NCBI GenBank assembly: GCA_022562795.1
Contig: JADFOP010000014.1
Coordinates: 1-47,424 of the forward strand
Length of the DNA stretch: 47,424 bases
Direction: 5' to 3'
Source: Nitrospinota bacterium
GTDB lineage: Bacteria; JADFOP01
Below are positions 1 through 10,410 of the stretch, in pieces. Made by a program: the position numbers and the translations under genes. The number at the start of each line of letters is the position of its first letter. The stretch's first letter is position 1. Under the pieces are notes generated by a model that had not been told where the DNA came from, ran no database searches, and worked only from the letters and a program-made list of their open reading frames with translations.

Positions 1-426
1 GAGACGACCCTCAAGCAGACCTTCACCCGTCGCAGCGCCGTGGGCATCGATCGGGCCGGACGCATCCTCCTCGTGCTGGCCATGACCACCGGACCAGAAG
101 CGACCATGACCCTGGCGGAGCTCGGAGCCATCCTGAGGATGCCAGAGGCCGAAGGAGGTCTCGCCTGCCTCGATGCGCTCGCCCTCGACGGGGGCGGCTC
201 ATCACAGCTCCTGGTCAACGCCGGGGGGGCTTCCTTCTTCGAGGTCTCAGGCGAGTGGCCGGTGGTCACCGCCATCGGCGTGTTCTACCCAGCCGCGGTG
301 ATGCCGCCTGTGGAGGAGGCCCCGACGATCGAGCAGCTACCTACTGGCCCTGGCCCCTCGGCCCCCTCGGCCCCCTTGATCCCCCCGAGGCGAAAGCGAC
401 CCTCCATCTTCCGGCCCTGGGAGTAA
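1..426 (+). CDS. Phosphodiester glycosidase (NAGPA-like) family protein, 5'-truncated by the window edge
   Basis: Frame is open from base 1 (ETTLKQTFTRRSAVGID...). Contains RSAVGID and ALALDGGGSSQL, typical of this family. Pro-rich tail. Confidence 0.75.
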   Translation, partial: ETTLKQTFTRRSAVGIDRAGRILLVLAMTTGPEATMTLAELGAILRMPEAEGGLACLDALALDGGGSSQLLVNAGGASFFEVSGEWPVVTAIGVFYPAAVMPPVEEAPTIEQLPTGPGPSAPSAPLIPPRRKRPSIFRPWE

Positions 427-470
427 TGGGCTTTAAGGGGTCCTCACGTTCGACCCTCGGCAGAGCCGCC

Positions 471-1052
471 TCAAAGCGAGCCCGGCTCCCTGAAGCAAAG
501 GTTAAGAAACTGATAGAGGATCCTCCCCGTGGTGCCCCAAATGACATGGCGGGTGGCCTTAAAAAGATACTGGGGCTGGGGCTTGCCCGGTCGTATGGCC
601 GTCACCACGTGGAAGTTCTCCTTGGCGAGGAGGGAAGAGACGGACACTGTAAATAGCTCGTGAATCTCGAAGTCGCTGATGGTAAAGTCGTAGGGGTGGG
701 GAATGAGGCCCACGAAGGGCGAGACCACATAGTTCGACATTGTGACGGTGTCGTCGAGGGCCCCGAGAACCTTTACATCCGAGGCCTTCAGGCCGATCTC
801 CTCCTCAGTCTCCCGAAGGGCAGTCCCCAGTAGGCTGGCATCCGTGGTGTCGCGGCTTCCACCGGGGAAGGAGACCTGGCCCTTGTGATGGTCGACGGTG
901 TCGGAACGCTTGGTAAAGACCAGGTGAGCTTCGCCGTCGGCCTCAAAGAGAGGCACGAGCACAGCGGCGCGCCTAAAGTGAGGCTCCTCTAGGGTGCGCC
1001 TCGTCCTGCTGTTCAGCCGCTGGCGGATGGCCTCTTCGAGGATTAGGGTCAT
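471..1052 (-). CDS. Nudix hydrolase, CoA pyrophosphatase (NudL-like)
   Basis: AAVLVPL, FTKRS..V.HHKGQVSFPGG, Nudix box ALRETEEEIG and IWGTTGRIL. Start placed at ATG 1052; the track starts at 1091. Confidence 0.85.
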   Translation of the reverse strand: MTLILEEAIRQRLNSRTRRTLEEPHFRRAAVLVPLFEADGEAHLVFTKRSDTVDHHKGQVSFPGGSRDTTDASLLGTALRETEEEIGLKASDVKVLGALDDTVTMSNYVVSPFVGLIPHPYDFTISDFEIHELFTVSVSSLLAKENFHVVTAIRPGKPQPQYLFKATRHVIWGTTGRILYQFLNLCFREPGSL

Positions 1053-1260
1053 GGCGGTTTCGTTGCAAGAGGTTCGAGAAGGCCGGGGCATATGCCTGGT
1101 GCATCTCGCTCGGCCTCATTGTAGAGGGGCTTTGGGGTTGAATCAAGGACCATGTGTGGGTGCGCATAAGGGTTGCGCCACCGCCCCAAATGGGCCATAC
1201 TAAATCTACTGTTTAGCGGCGGCGGGGTGTGCCCGCCCTTTGCATTGAAAGGGCTTACGG

Positions 1261-2010
1261 ATGCCTTTAGCAGGACGGTTCGCCCTGGTGACGGGGGCTT
1301 CCCGTGGTATTGGACGGGCCTGCGCCTTGGAGCTGGCCCGCCGTGGGGCCAGTGTGGCCATCAACTACCTGAAGCGAGAGAAGCGGGCCCTTGAGGTGGC
1401 CGAAGAGGTCAAGGCCCTAGGTGGTAAATCGGTGGTGTTACAGGCCGACGTTGGCAAGCCCGATGAGCTCATCGGCCTATTCGCCGCTGTTAGGGACCAC
1501 TTCGGCGGGCTCGACATCTTCATCTCCAATGCCGTCAACGCCGTCATCAAGCCCGTTGCCGAAATAACGCTGGCCGACTGGGAACGGACGTTTACAATAA
1601 ATGCCACCGCCTTTTTTCTGGGCGCCCAGGAGGCGGCCAAGCTCATGGACCCGGAACGGAAAGGAACCATAATCGCAATCAGCAGCGTCGGCTCCCAGCG
1701 GGTCATTCCCAACTACGCCGCCCTCGGTGTAGCCAAGGCGGCGATCGAGAGCCTCACCCGGTATCTGGCCTGCGAATGGGCCGACCGTAACATTAGGATC
1801 AACGCGGTTAGCGGGGGGCCAGTGGAGACCGACGCTCTAAAGGCTTCCTTCGACTACCATCAGGTGGCGGCCTGGGCCGATGTCACTCCCATGGGCCGGC
1901 TGGGGGCTCCCGAGGACCTGGCCCAGGTAGTAGCGTGGCTATGCACTGACGAAGCCAGATGGATTACGGGCCAAGTCGTTCTAGCCGACGGTGGTATTAC
2001 GCTACGCTAA
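1261..2010 (+). CDS. SDR oxidoreductase, FabL-like enoyl-ACP reductase
   Basis: TGASRGIG Rossmann motif, ISSVGS, catalytic Y-x6-K (YAALGVAK) as in FabL/FabI-type ENRs, and VSGGPVETDAL. Confidence 0.8.
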   Translation: MPLAGRFALVTGASRGIGRACALELARRGASVAINYLKREKRALEVAEEVKALGGKSVVLQADVGKPDELIGLFAAVRDHFGGLDIFISNAVNAVIKPVAEITLADWERTFTINATAFFLGAQEAAKLMDPERKGTIIAISSVGSQRVIPNYAALGVAKAAIESLTRYLACEWADRNIRINAVSGGPVETDALKASFDYHQVAAWADVTPMGRLGAPEDLAQVVAWLCTDEARWITGQVVLADGGITLR

Positions 2011-2032
2011 TGCTCCATCTACCCCCATCTGC

Positions 2033-2061
2033 TTGACAGTCTAAGCCAACTGCCTCATATT
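2033..2061 (+). promoter_or_regulatory. Sigma70-type promoter for clpC
   Basis: TTGACA-17 nt-CATATT, about 35 bp before the ATG at 2096. Confidence 0.5.
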
Positions 2062-2095
2062 ACGAATACCTTTTTCACCGGCTGAGGTTTATGCT

Positions 2096-4582
2096 ATGCA
2101 GCGCTTCGCCCACCTTTTTACCGAGAAAGTCATGGAGGCCATCAACATTGGCCTTATGGAGATGGCCCAGATCTCCCAGAACACCTTCACGCCCGATTTC
2201 GTACTCATCGGCATGCTCCAGCAGGAAGAGAGCCTCCTGCTCAGCGTATTCGAGCGGATGAACCTCGATCCCGGTGGGACGAAAAAAAAGCTCCTTGAGC
2301 GACTCTACGCCACCCAAGAGCGCCAGCCCAAGATCAGAGTGGATGGGGATCTAGTGCCCGTAATGTCGGGAGAGATAGAAGCGCTAATGCGACGGGCCAA
2401 GGTCGAGACCGAAAAGCTCCAAGACGATTACATCGGCACGGGGGCAATGTTCCTCGCCATGTTCGACAAGGCCGTTGGTGCGCCGGCGTCCATTCTAGCT
2501 GAGGCGGGCCTCGCCTACGAGCCGGTCAAGGAGGCTCTCCTAGCCGTCCGGAGCGGGCGTCAAGTCACCGACCGGCAGGCCGAGGCGAAATTCAAGGTCC
2601 TGGAGCGCTACACAACCGACCTGACCCGGCTCGCGGAGGAGGGAAAGCTCGACCCCGTCATCGGTAGGGAGAGGGAAGTCAACCGGGTCATACAGGTGTT
2701 GTCGCGCCGAAAGAAGAACAACCCCGTTTTGATCGGTGAGCCGGGAGTGGGCAAGACCGTCATCGTAGAGGGTCTAGCCCAGCAGATTGCCAATGCCGAG
2801 GTTCCGGAGACCCTCCTTAACAAACGTCTCCTTCAGCTCGACATGAGCGAGGTTGTAGCCGGAAGCAAATTCCGGGGGGAGTTCGAGGAGCGCCTCAAAA
2901 ACATAAAGGACGAGATTATCCAGGCCTCCGGCGAGGTAATCCTCTTCATCGACGAGCTCCACACTGTCGTCGGGGCCGGGGCGACTGAAGGGGGTATGGA
3001 CGCCTCCAACATGCTCAAGAGCGCCCTGGCCCGTGGCCAGCTCCAGTGCATCGGGGCCACAACGCTTGAGGAGTTCAAACGTCACATCGAGCGGGACAAA
3101 GCCCTTGAGAGGCGATTTCAGAAGGTCCTCGTACGGGAGCCTTCGGTGGAAGAGACGGTCCAGATTCTCGAAGGCCTCAAGGAAAAGTACGAGGAGCATC
3201 ATGAGGTCTCCTTCGAAGCCGATGCCTTAAAGTCCGCCGCCAAGCTCTCGGAACGGTACATTACAGACAGGTTTTTGCCGGACAAAGCCGTCGACCTCAT
3301 CGATGAGGCGGGCAGCAAGAAGCACCTCGATCTTATTTACGCACCACCCGCCGTCCGTCGTCTCAAGAAGGAGCGTGAAGAGCTTCTCCAAGAGCAGCGG
3401 AGCGCCTTCGGCGACCAAGAGTTCGAGCGGGTGGCGACCATCCAGCAGAGGATCGTTCAGCTCGACAAAGAGATGGATGAGGCCGTCGCGGGGAGCCGGA
3501 AGAGTCGCGACATGGAGGACGCCAGCGTGGGCGACGAAGACATAGCCGCAGTCGTGGCCACGTGGACTGGCATCCCCGTGGACAAGATGCTGGAGTCGGA
3601 GGCCGAGAAGCTTATTAGGATGGAGGAGAACATCCACCAGCGCATCGTAGGGCAAGAGGACGCCGTGAAGGCGGTCTCAAACGCCATCCGCCGCAACCGC
3701 GCCGGGCTCAAGGAGCGCGACCGGCCCATCGGCTCCTTTATTTTTCTCGGCCCCACGGGAGTGGGCAAGACGGAGCTGGCCAAGGCCCTGGCCCAGTTCC
3801 TCCTGGACGATGAGAACCGCATGGTGCGCATTGACATGAGCGAGTTTCAGGAACGCCACACAGTAAGCCGCCTCATCGGAAGCCCTCCCGGCTACGTCGG
3901 CTACGGCGAGGGGGGCCAGCTCACCGAGCGGATCCGTCGAAACCCCTACTCTGTGATCCTGCTGGACGAGATTGAGAAGGCCCACCCCGACATCTTCAAC
4001 GTACTGCTCCAGATTCTCGACGACGGGCGCCTGACCGACGCCGAGGGCCGGACCGTGGATTTCCGCAACACCATTCTAATTGGAACCTCGAACATCGGCA
4101 GCGAGCGCATCACCCGCGAGGTCTCAACCATCGGGTTCGGACGCGAAGAGCTCTCAGATCGCTACGAGGATATCAAGCGAGGCGTGATGGAGGAGGTGAA
4201 GAAGTTTTTTAAGCCTGAGTTCTTAAACCGCATCGACGACCTCATAGTTTTTCACCAGCTCTCAGAAGACCACATCAGGCGCATAACCGATCTCCTGCTT
4301 GGGAGGCTCGCAGACCGACTCTCCGAAAAGCAGTTGACGATCGAGGTATCCGATGCCGTTAAGGAGCGGCTTGCTAAGGAAGGGTTCGATCCCATTTTCG
4401 GCGCACGGCCCCTCAAGCGAACCATTGAACGGAAGATTGAGAACGAGCTGGCCACCCTCATCATCGAGGGCCAGTTCGCCGAGGGCGACACAGTAGCCGT
4501 GGAGCTGGCCGACGGAGAAATCACCTTCGCCAAGGCCGCTACTAAAACCGCCGCAGCCAGTGGAAGCGACGGCTCATCATAG
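2096..4582 (+). CDS. clpC: ATP-dependent Clp protease ATP-binding subunit, ClpC-like
   Basis: Clp N-domain, two AAA+ modules ([16 protein letters not shown]), short UVR-like middle domain ([12 protein letters not shown]) and an IGF ClpP-docking loop (STIGFGR). Confidence 0.85.
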   Translation: MQRFAHLFTEKVMEAINIGLMEMAQISQNTFTPDFVLIGMLQQEESLLLSVFERMNLDPGGTKKKLLERLYATQERQPKIRVDGDLVPVMSGEIEALMRRAKVETEKLQDDYIGTGAMFLAMFDKAVGAPASILAEAGLAYEPVKEALLAVRSGRQVTDRQAEAKFKVLERYTTDLTRLAEEGKLDPVIGREREVNRVIQVLSRRKKNNPVLIGEPGVGKTVIVEGLAQQIANAEVPETLLNKRLLQLDMSEVVAGSKFRGEFEERLKNIKDEIIQASGEVILFIDELHTVVGAGATEGGMDASNMLKSALARGQLQCIGATTLEEFKRHIERDKALERRFQKVLVREPSVEETVQILEGLKEKYEEHHEVSFEADALKSAAKLSERYITDRFLPDKAVDLIDEAGSKKHLDLIYAPPAVRRLKKEREELLQEQRSAFGDQEFERVATIQQRIVQLDKEMDEAVAGSRKSRDMEDASVGDEDIAAVVATWTGIPVDKMLESEAEKLIRMEENIHQRIVGQEDAVKAVSNAIRRNRAGLKERDRPIGSFIFLGPTGVGKTELAKALAQFLLDDENRMVRIDMSEFQERHTVSRLIGSPPGYVGYGEGGQLTERIRRNPYSVILLDEIEKAHPDIFNVLLQILDDGRLTDAEGRTVDFRNTILIGTSNIGSERITREVSTIGFGREELSDRYEDIKRGVMEEVKKFFKPEFLNRIDDLIVFHQLSEDHIRRITDLLLGRLADRLSEKQLTIEVSDAVKERLAKEGFDPIFGARPLKRTIERKIENELATLIIEGQFAEGDTVAVELADGEITFAKAATKTAAASGSDGSS

Positions 4583-4733
4583 CCCTTGCACTATTTTTAT
4601 CCCCGATAGTCTAGGTGGTGCACCTTCCCAATGGGTGCCGGACCTCCCTTACTCTCGACGTCCGTTCCGCCAGCGAATGTTACCCCACCTGAAGGCTTAC
4701 ACGACCTCGGTCTCTCCCTCTACCGCTGTGGTG

Positions 4734-4791
4734 CGTCATTTGTACGGCAGCAATTGCCAACCTTGCGGCATATAGTGTCAAGGTTTGAACA
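4734..4791 (+). promoter_or_regulatory. Three phased putative enhancer (bEBP UAS) sites
   Basis: 16-mers CGTCATTTGTACGGCA (4734), TGCCAACCTTGCGGCA (4755) and TGTCAAGGTTTGAACA (4776) at an exact 21-bp period. The last is a TGT-N10-ACA site. Confidence 0.55.
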
Positions 4792-4859
4792 TATCGTACA
4801 TATCTATAATTGCCTCGGAATCGGCCCCTCTGAAAACGGATATAGGATAACATTATATG

Positions 4860-4872
4860 AATCAAAAGATTG
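4860..4872 (+). promoter_or_regulatory. Putative IHF binding site
   Basis: AATCAA-AAGA-TTG matches WATCAANNNNTTR and lies between the enhancer-like sites and the -24/-12 element. Confidence 0.55.
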
Positions 4873-4912
4873 GTGAGTTTTTAAAAGGGTACGATGCCGA
4901 ACGATTGGACTT

Positions 4913-4928
4913 TGGCACGCTCTTTGCT
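4913..4928 (+). promoter_or_regulatory. Sigma-54 (-24/-12) promoter
   Basis: TGGCACG-CTCT-TTGCT with exact GG-N10-GC spacing. Confidence 0.8.
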
Positions 4929-4938
4929 TAATTTATGG

Positions 4939-5141
4939 AGTGGCTACTGTTCATGGGTCTCTCACGACATCCGTAACGGAGCCTCGCAGAATTGGGTCAG
5001 CCCTCTCCTGCGGGATCCTACCCCCTAAGACGGGGTCGCGGGAGGCTCCCTACCGTATGCCTTCAAACCTTCCTCCGGGGAGGGGGTGCGATATGATTGG
5101 TGTGGCCATATCAAAAACGCCCCCTCCCTCCCTCCTTTTCT
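4939..5141 (+). ncRNA. Candidate sigma-54-dependent small RNA
   Basis: Begins at the predicted +1 of the sigma-54 promoter. Stems GGAGCCTC/GAGGCTCC, ACCCC/GGGGT, and GGGAGGGGGTG/CGCCCCCTCCC with inner GATATG/CATATC, followed by TTTT. No ORF with an RBS inside the transcript. Confidence 0.5.
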
Positions 5142-5387
5142 AGGCATTTAAAGCTCTTTTCGATGGTGTTCATCTGCTTCTTAGCCTTGCCTTTGCGCTC
5201 GACCTACCATCATATTTAAACGAGATAAGCCCACTCCCACGATAATTCCAGCCTTACCCGTCTTATCACAAAATTTCCAGGTGCGCGGGCATGCTTGAGC
5301 CCCTTATTAACTGCACAGTACGGGTACCCATCGACATGCCCGCCATGCAACACCGTCACTTGGGGCAGGTAGACGGTGGAGGTGGGT

Positions 5388-5441
5388 TTGACGTGGGAGA
5401 ACCAGTATTTTATATTCTAAATAGTTTGACTTTCTAAAGTA
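5388..5441 (+). promoter_or_regulatory. Sigma70 promoter of the marR-RND operon with a probable MarR operator
   Basis: TTGACG-17-TATATT (5388-5416), followed by the AT-rich imperfect palindrome ATAGTTTGACTTTCTAAAGTAT. Confidence 0.55.
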
Positions 5442-5489
5442 TTCCGGTTTCTAAAAATTAGACGCCAAACCGATGGGAGGCGCACATCA

Positions 5490-5936
5490 ATGACCTTGGA
5501 GCGGAAGGCCCGCGAGCTCAACCGCTACATAAACGTTATGGTGGAGCGCTTCATCTACGCTGAGGGCGCCATGGGCCCTTCGGCCGAGCTCTCCCGGCAA
5601 GAGCTCATCGCCCTAAGGCTGTTGGGCTTCCACGGCCGCCGGACGATGACCAAGCTCGCCGAGGAAGCGGGGGTGGCGCCGGCGACGATGACCGGCATAG
5701 TGGAAAAGTTGGTGACCCGGGGCCTTCTCGTACGCCAGAGGCGCGCCGACGACCGCCGCGTGGTGGAGGTCACCTTAACCCCCCAAGGCGAGGTGGCGTT
5801 CAAAGATAGCGTAGAGCTCCACATGCGGATGGCCCGCGAACTGCTGCTGGCCCTCGACGAGGGGGAGCAGGAGGCCATGCTTATGACTCTTAGGAAGATC
5901 ACCGGCGTCGGGCACTTGGACGAGTCAACGTCGTGA
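5490..5936 (+). CDS. MarR family transcriptional regulator
   Basis: wHTH with TMTGIVEKLVTRGLLVRQRRADDRRVVEVTLTPQG. Confidence 0.9.
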   Translation: MTLERKARELNRYINVMVERFIYAEGAMGPSAELSRQELIALRLLGFHGRRTMTKLAEEAGVAPATMTGIVEKLVTRGLLVRQRRADDRRVVEVTLTPQGEVAFKDSVELHMRMARELLLALDEGEQEAMLMTLRKITGVGHLDESTS

Positions 5937-7216
5937 GCGCATTGGCCGAAAAGGGGGCCATACGAGGCCCCGCTCGGGTAGTGGCCGCGGGAGCCGTCGT
6001 GGCCATGGTGGCAGCCACGGTGGCTATCGCCCTTTGGATTATCTCGGTGAAGAATACCCCTCCTGAGGCTCCTTCGACCCCGATGAAACGAATTCCGGTG
6101 GAGACGGTCGTCGTCCGGCATGAGACGTTCACCCACCAGATGCATGCCCTCGGGACCGTCACGCCTATACGCGAGGCCTCTGTCGCCTCCCAGGTGGTAG
6201 GGCCCATCGTGGCTATCCCGGAAGGAGTCGAGCTGGGAGCCCCGATAGAGAAAGGTCAGTTGCTGGCCCAGATCAAGCCGACGAGCTATGAGATTGCCCA
6301 CCAAGAGGCCGAAGCCCTGCTTGCCCAGCGGCGGGCCGCCTACCAGGAGCAGCGCCGCGAAAGCGAGAAGCGCACCGTGCTCTTCAAGATCGCAGAGGAG
6401 AACGTCGGGATCGTCAAGGCTGAAGCCAATCGGATCGAAAATCTATTCAAGCAGGGAGTGGTATCCCACTCGGAGAACGACGCCGCGCGGGGGCGGCTGA
6501 CCCAAGCTCGCATCGAGTATGAACGCCTCCGTAGCGAATACCGATCGGCCGATGCCGCCTTAAGCCGCGTGGCCGCAGAGATCGCCCAGGCCGAGGCCAG
6601 ACTCGCCGGGGCGAAGGAGGATCTCGCAAACACCCGTGTTACGGCCCCATTCGCCGGCCTCATCGCCAAGAAGGTCGCCGAGGTAGGCGACCATGTTGCC
6701 GTGGGCCAAACCATCGTTCGGCTCGTCGACATCGCACGGGTCAAGGTCCTCATTAACGTCCCCACCGAGGATATCCACGCCCTGCGGCCCGGCTTGCCCG
6801 CCGAGGTGACGGTAGCACCATTTCCCGATCGACCCCTGCTAGGGATGGTCGCTCATGTGGGCTTCGAGGGCGAGGTCACAAACCGCACCTTTCCCGTCGA
6901 GGTTATCGTGGACAACCCGCCCGGCCTGCCTCTGCGAGCGGGAATGTTCGCTAAGGTCCGCGTGGCGGTCCGCACATACGAGGAGATCATCCTAGTTGAC
7001 CGCCGGCTCATCCAACGCGGGCCAGACGGGCCAATACTCTTCGTCGCCGACAAGGAGGAGCAGCTTGCCCGTGCCCGGCCTATCCGTTTGGGCCGCCTCT
7101 TCGGTGAGCGCTACCAGGTCCTAAGGGGCCTTGCTCCCGGCGACGCTCTCATCACCGAGGGGGTGGAGCTGCTGAGCGACGGGGCCCCCATCACCTTGCC
7201 GGCCGTCACCAACTAA
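5933..7216 (+). CDS. RND efflux periplasmic adaptor (membrane fusion protein)
   Basis: N-terminal TM, lipoyl halves (VASQVVG; VTAPFAG), long helical hairpin, LRAGMFAKV. Start overlaps the marR stop. Confidence 0.9.
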   Translation: MSALAEKGAIRGPARVVAAGAVVAMVAATVAIALWIISVKNTPPEAPSTPMKRIPVETVVVRHETFTHQMHALGTVTPIREASVASQVVGPIVAIPEGVELGAPIEKGQLLAQIKPTSYEIAHQEAEALLAQRRAAYQEQRRESEKRTVLFKIAEENVGIVKAEANRIENLFKQGVVSHSENDAARGRLTQARIEYERLRSEYRSADAALSRVAAEIAQAEARLAGAKEDLANTRVTAPFAGLIAKKVAEVGDHVAVGQTIVRLVDIARVKVLINVPTEDIHALRPGLPAEVTVAPFPDRPLLGMVAHVGFEGEVTNRTFPVEVIVDNPPGLPLRAGMFAKVRVAVRTYEEIILVDRRLIQRGPDGPILFVADKEEQLARARPIRLGRLFGERYQVLRGLAPGDALITEGVELLSDGAPITLPAVTN

Positions 7217-7220
7217 GGTC

Positions 7221-10200
7221 ATGTTCACTACTCGCATGTCGGTCAACAACCCCGTCTTCGTTAACCTCGTGGTCGTCGTAATCCTTGCCCTCGGCATTGG
7301 GCTCGCTGTGACAACCATGAACCGGGAGATTTTTCCTGAATTCTCCCTGGATATGATTAGCGTTACCACCACCTTCTCCAATGCCTCTCCCGAGGAGATG
7401 GAGAAGCTCATCACCATCAAGCTCGAAGACGAGATCGACGACGTCGACGGAATCGACACCATCGAGAGCGAATCCCGCGAGGGCATAAGCCTCATAACCT
7501 TAAAGCTCCAAAGCGGAGTGGAGGACGTCAGCCGGGTCATCAACGACGTCCAGACCGCAATCGACAACATCCGAAACGAGCTTCCCCGGGAGGCCGAGAA
7601 CCCCATCGTCCAAGAGCTCAAGAGCCGATTCCCGGTCATCGTCCTCTCCATCTACGGTAAGGTCAACCCCTTCACCCTCAAGAACATCGCCGACGAGGTT
7701 GAGGAAGAGATTAAGCGCATCCCTGGCGTAAGCCGGGTCCGCGTCGTTGGAGTTGGGGACCGGGAGGTTTGGGTAGAGGTGGACCCGGCGGCGCTGGAGC
7801 GCTACGGGCTTGCCATTGGCGACATAGAGCGAGCCATAGAGGCGAAAAACCTAAACCTCCCAGGCGGAACGCTCAAGACTGCCCGTGGCGAGTATCTCGT
7901 TAGGACCGTAGGCGAGGTGACTCGGGCAGAGGAGCTGGAGCAGGTGGTGTTGAGAGCCACGCAGGAAGGGAATATCTTGACCGTGGGCCAGGTAGCCACC
8001 GTTCGGGAGACGTTTGAAGAGCCCACCACCCTAGGCCGCTTCAATGGCCGGCCGGCCATCAACCTCCAGGTGAGCAAAGAGAAGAAAGGCGATACCATCG
8101 CCATCGCCAACGCCGTCCGCCAGCTGGCCCAAGGCTACGAACGAAGGCTCCCTCCGGGGGTCCACCTTGGGGTCTACAACGACTTCTCCATCTACATCCG
8201 AAACCGCCTCAACACCCTCAAGCAGAGCGGATACATCGGGCTGATATTCGTACTCCTCGTGCTGCGGCTCTTCTTGGCGACCCGTGTCGCCATCCTGACG
8301 GCCCTAGGCATCCCGGTGGCATTTTGTGGGGCGCTGGTGATGATGTACCTCTACGGCATTTCCATCAACATGCTCTCGGCCTTCAGCCTCATCATCGTGC
8401 TCGGCATGGTTGTTGACGATGCGATTGTCGTTACAGAGAACATTTACCGCCACATGGAGGAGGGCGAAGAGCCCGAGAAGGCGGCGGTCGTTGGGACCAA
8501 CCAGGTCTTTATGCCTGTGGTCGCCTCGACCCTGACCACCATCGCTGCCTTCATCCCCATGCTAATGGTGCCTGGCACCATGGGGAAGTTTATCGCCGTC
8601 ATCCCGCTTGTAGTCTCATTTGCGCTACTTGCCTCACTCGTGGAGGCCCTCATTGTCCTTCCGTCCCACATGGCGGAGTTCGTACGGCTGAAGCCTTCGG
8701 GCAACCCCGCTAAAAGTCCGTCCGACCACTGGTTCCAGAGCGTGGTGACCGTCTACGGTCGCGTGCTGGAGCGCGTCCTTAGGTGGCGGTACGTCTTCAT
8801 CACAGGGGTGCTTTGCTTCTCAATTCTGCTCGTATTGTTCGCCAGATACCGCATTCCCTTCACCCTCTTCACCGCGTTTGAGTCCGACCAATTTTTCATC
8901 AACATGGAGGCGCCCGTTACCTATAAGCTGGAGGACACGAGCAGGGTCGCCCGGGCCGTGGAGACCATCGTCCAGCAGCTACCTCCGGAGGAGCTCTCGA
9001 CCATCGTGACGAATGTAGGGATGATCTACCTCGACGCCAACAAGGTAAAGACGGGCAGCCACCTCGCCCAGATCATCGTCGAGCTCAAGAAGATACCGCC
9101 CCGACGACGCAACTCCGACGAGGTCATCAATGCCCTCCGAGACAAGGTGGCCATGGTGCCGGGCATCAAGAAGGTCCAATTCCTCTCGCCCCAGGCCGGC
9201 CCCGGGGGGCCAGCCATAGAGATCAACGTCGAGGGCGAGGAGTTCGCCGTCCTAGGCGCCTTAGCCGGGAAGGTAGAAGATTATCTAGCTACCATACCGG
9301 GGGTGCGAGATATCCGTAACACGTTCGAGCTGGGAAAGCCCGAGCTAAAAATTTACGTCAAGCCCGAGGCCAGGGCCCTGGGGCTTACGGTCCAGGCGAT
9401 TGCGCGCCAGGTGCGCGACCGGTTTCGTGGGGCGGAGTCGAGCAAGATTCAGCTCTCCAGGGAAGATGTTCAAATTCTCGTCAAGTACCCAGAGGCGTCT
9501 CGCCGGAGCCGGCTCGACGTGGAGCGGATCAAGCTCGATGCGCCCGGGGGCCAGAAGGTCGCCTTCTCCGAAGTGGCCTACATAGTCGAGGAGAGAGGCT
9601 ACACGCAGATTTCCCGGATCGACAAGAGGCGAGCCATCACAGTGTTGGCCGACGTGGATAAAACTCAGGGCAACGCCCTGGAAATCTCCCGCTTTGTAAC
9701 GGCGCGGTTCGCCGATCTGCAAGACCGCTACCCAGGCTACCGGCTCCGTCTCAAGGGCGAGCAGAAGGACTTCGAGGAGAGTGTGGTCTCCCTCGTTAAG
9801 GCCTTCATTGTAGCCGTGCTGCTCATCTATTTCATTCTAGGAAGCGCCTTCCGCTCTTTCATCCAGCCTCTCATCATTATGGCCGCCATCCCCTTCGCTG
9901 TTGACGGCGTCATCGTTGGCCACATCGCGATGGGGATGAACCTGACGTTCCTCTCCCTTATCGGGACGGTAGCCCTGGCCGGGATTGTCGTTAACGATAG
10001 CCTCGTCCTTGTGGATTTTATCAACAACCTCCGCCGCCGGGGTCTCGAGCTGACCGAAGCCATTGTGGAGGGCGGAAAGCTTCGCATCCGGGCCATTTGC
10101 CTGACCTCCCTTACAACCATCGCGGGCCTCTCGCCGCTGGCCTTCTTCGCCTCGGGCCAGGCCCGCTTCCTCATGCCCATGGCGCTGTCCATTGTCTGGG

Positions 10201-10334
10201 GTCTGGCCTTCTCCACCGTTTTGATACTCCTCGTCATCCCGTGCTTCTATGCCGCCGTGGACGACCTGAAGCGGGCCTCGCGCCGACTTGTAGGACTTAA
10301 CGCACGCCGTAGGGCCACCGTTACTCAAGGGTGA
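7221..10334 (+). CDS. RND efflux permease (AcrB/AcrD/AcrF family)
   Basis: 1037 aa. GMVVDDAIVVTENI, GIVVNDSLVLVD, RIRAICLTSLTTIAGLSPL. Confidence 0.93.
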   Translation: MFTTRMSVNNPVFVNLVVVVILALGIGLAVTTMNREIFPEFSLDMISVTTTFSNASPEEMEKLITIKLEDEIDDVDGIDTIESESREGISLITLKLQSGVEDVSRVINDVQTAIDNIRNELPREAENPIVQELKSRFPVIVLSIYGKVNPFTLKNIADEVEEEIKRIPGVSRVRVVGVGDREVWVEVDPAALERYGLAIGDIERAIEAKNLNLPGGTLKTARGEYLVRTVGEVTRAEELEQVVLRATQEGNILTVGQVATVRETFEEPTTLGRFNGRPAINLQVSKEKKGDTIAIANAVRQLAQGYERRLPPGVHLGVYNDFSIYIRNRLNTLKQSGYIGLIFVLLVLRLFLATRVAILTALGIPVAFCGALVMMYLYGISINMLSAFSLIIVLGMVVDDAIVVTENIYRHMEEGEEPEKAAVVGTNQVFMPVVASTLTTIAAFIPMLMVPGTMGKFIAVIPLVVSFALLASLVEALIVLPSHMAEFVRLKPSGNPAKSPSDHWFQSVVTVYGRVLERVLRWRYVFITGVLCFSILLVLFARYRIPFTLFTAFESDQFFINMEAPVTYKLEDTSRVARAVETIVQQLPPEELSTIVTNVGMIYLDANKVKTGSHLAQIIVELKKIPPRRRNSDEVINALRDKVAMVPGIKKVQFLSPQAGPGGPAIEINVEGEEFAVLGALAGKVEDYLATIPGVRDIRNTFELGKPELKIYVKPEARALGLTVQAIARQVRDRFRGAESSKIQLSREDVQILVKYPEASRRSRLDVERIKLDAPGGQKVAFSEVAYIVEERGYTQISRIDKRRAITVLADVDKTQGNALEISRFVTARFADLQDRYPGYRLRLKGEQKDFEESVVSLVKAFIVAVLLIYFILGSAFRSFIQPLIIMAAIPFAVDGVIVGHIAMGMNLTFLSLIGTVALAGIVVNDSLVLVDFINNLRRRGLELTEAIVEGGKLRIRAICLTSLTTIAGLSPLAFFASGQARFLMPMALSIVWGLAFSTVLILLVIPCFYAAVDDLKRASRRLVGLNARRRATVTQG

Positions 10335-10410
10335 GCGTCTTGCCGGGGTCGGGCGTGCCGTGATAGGGTGCGTGTTGCCTGGACAAGGCACTATGAGGCG
10401 ATCTTAAGCC

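Noticed and set aside
4940-5143. 67-aa ORF downstream of the sigma-54 promoter
   Set aside because: Starts at the predicted +1 with no usable RBS, the sequence is not protein-like, and it runs through strong RNA hairpins. An ncRNA is preferred, though a leaderless peptide is not excluded.
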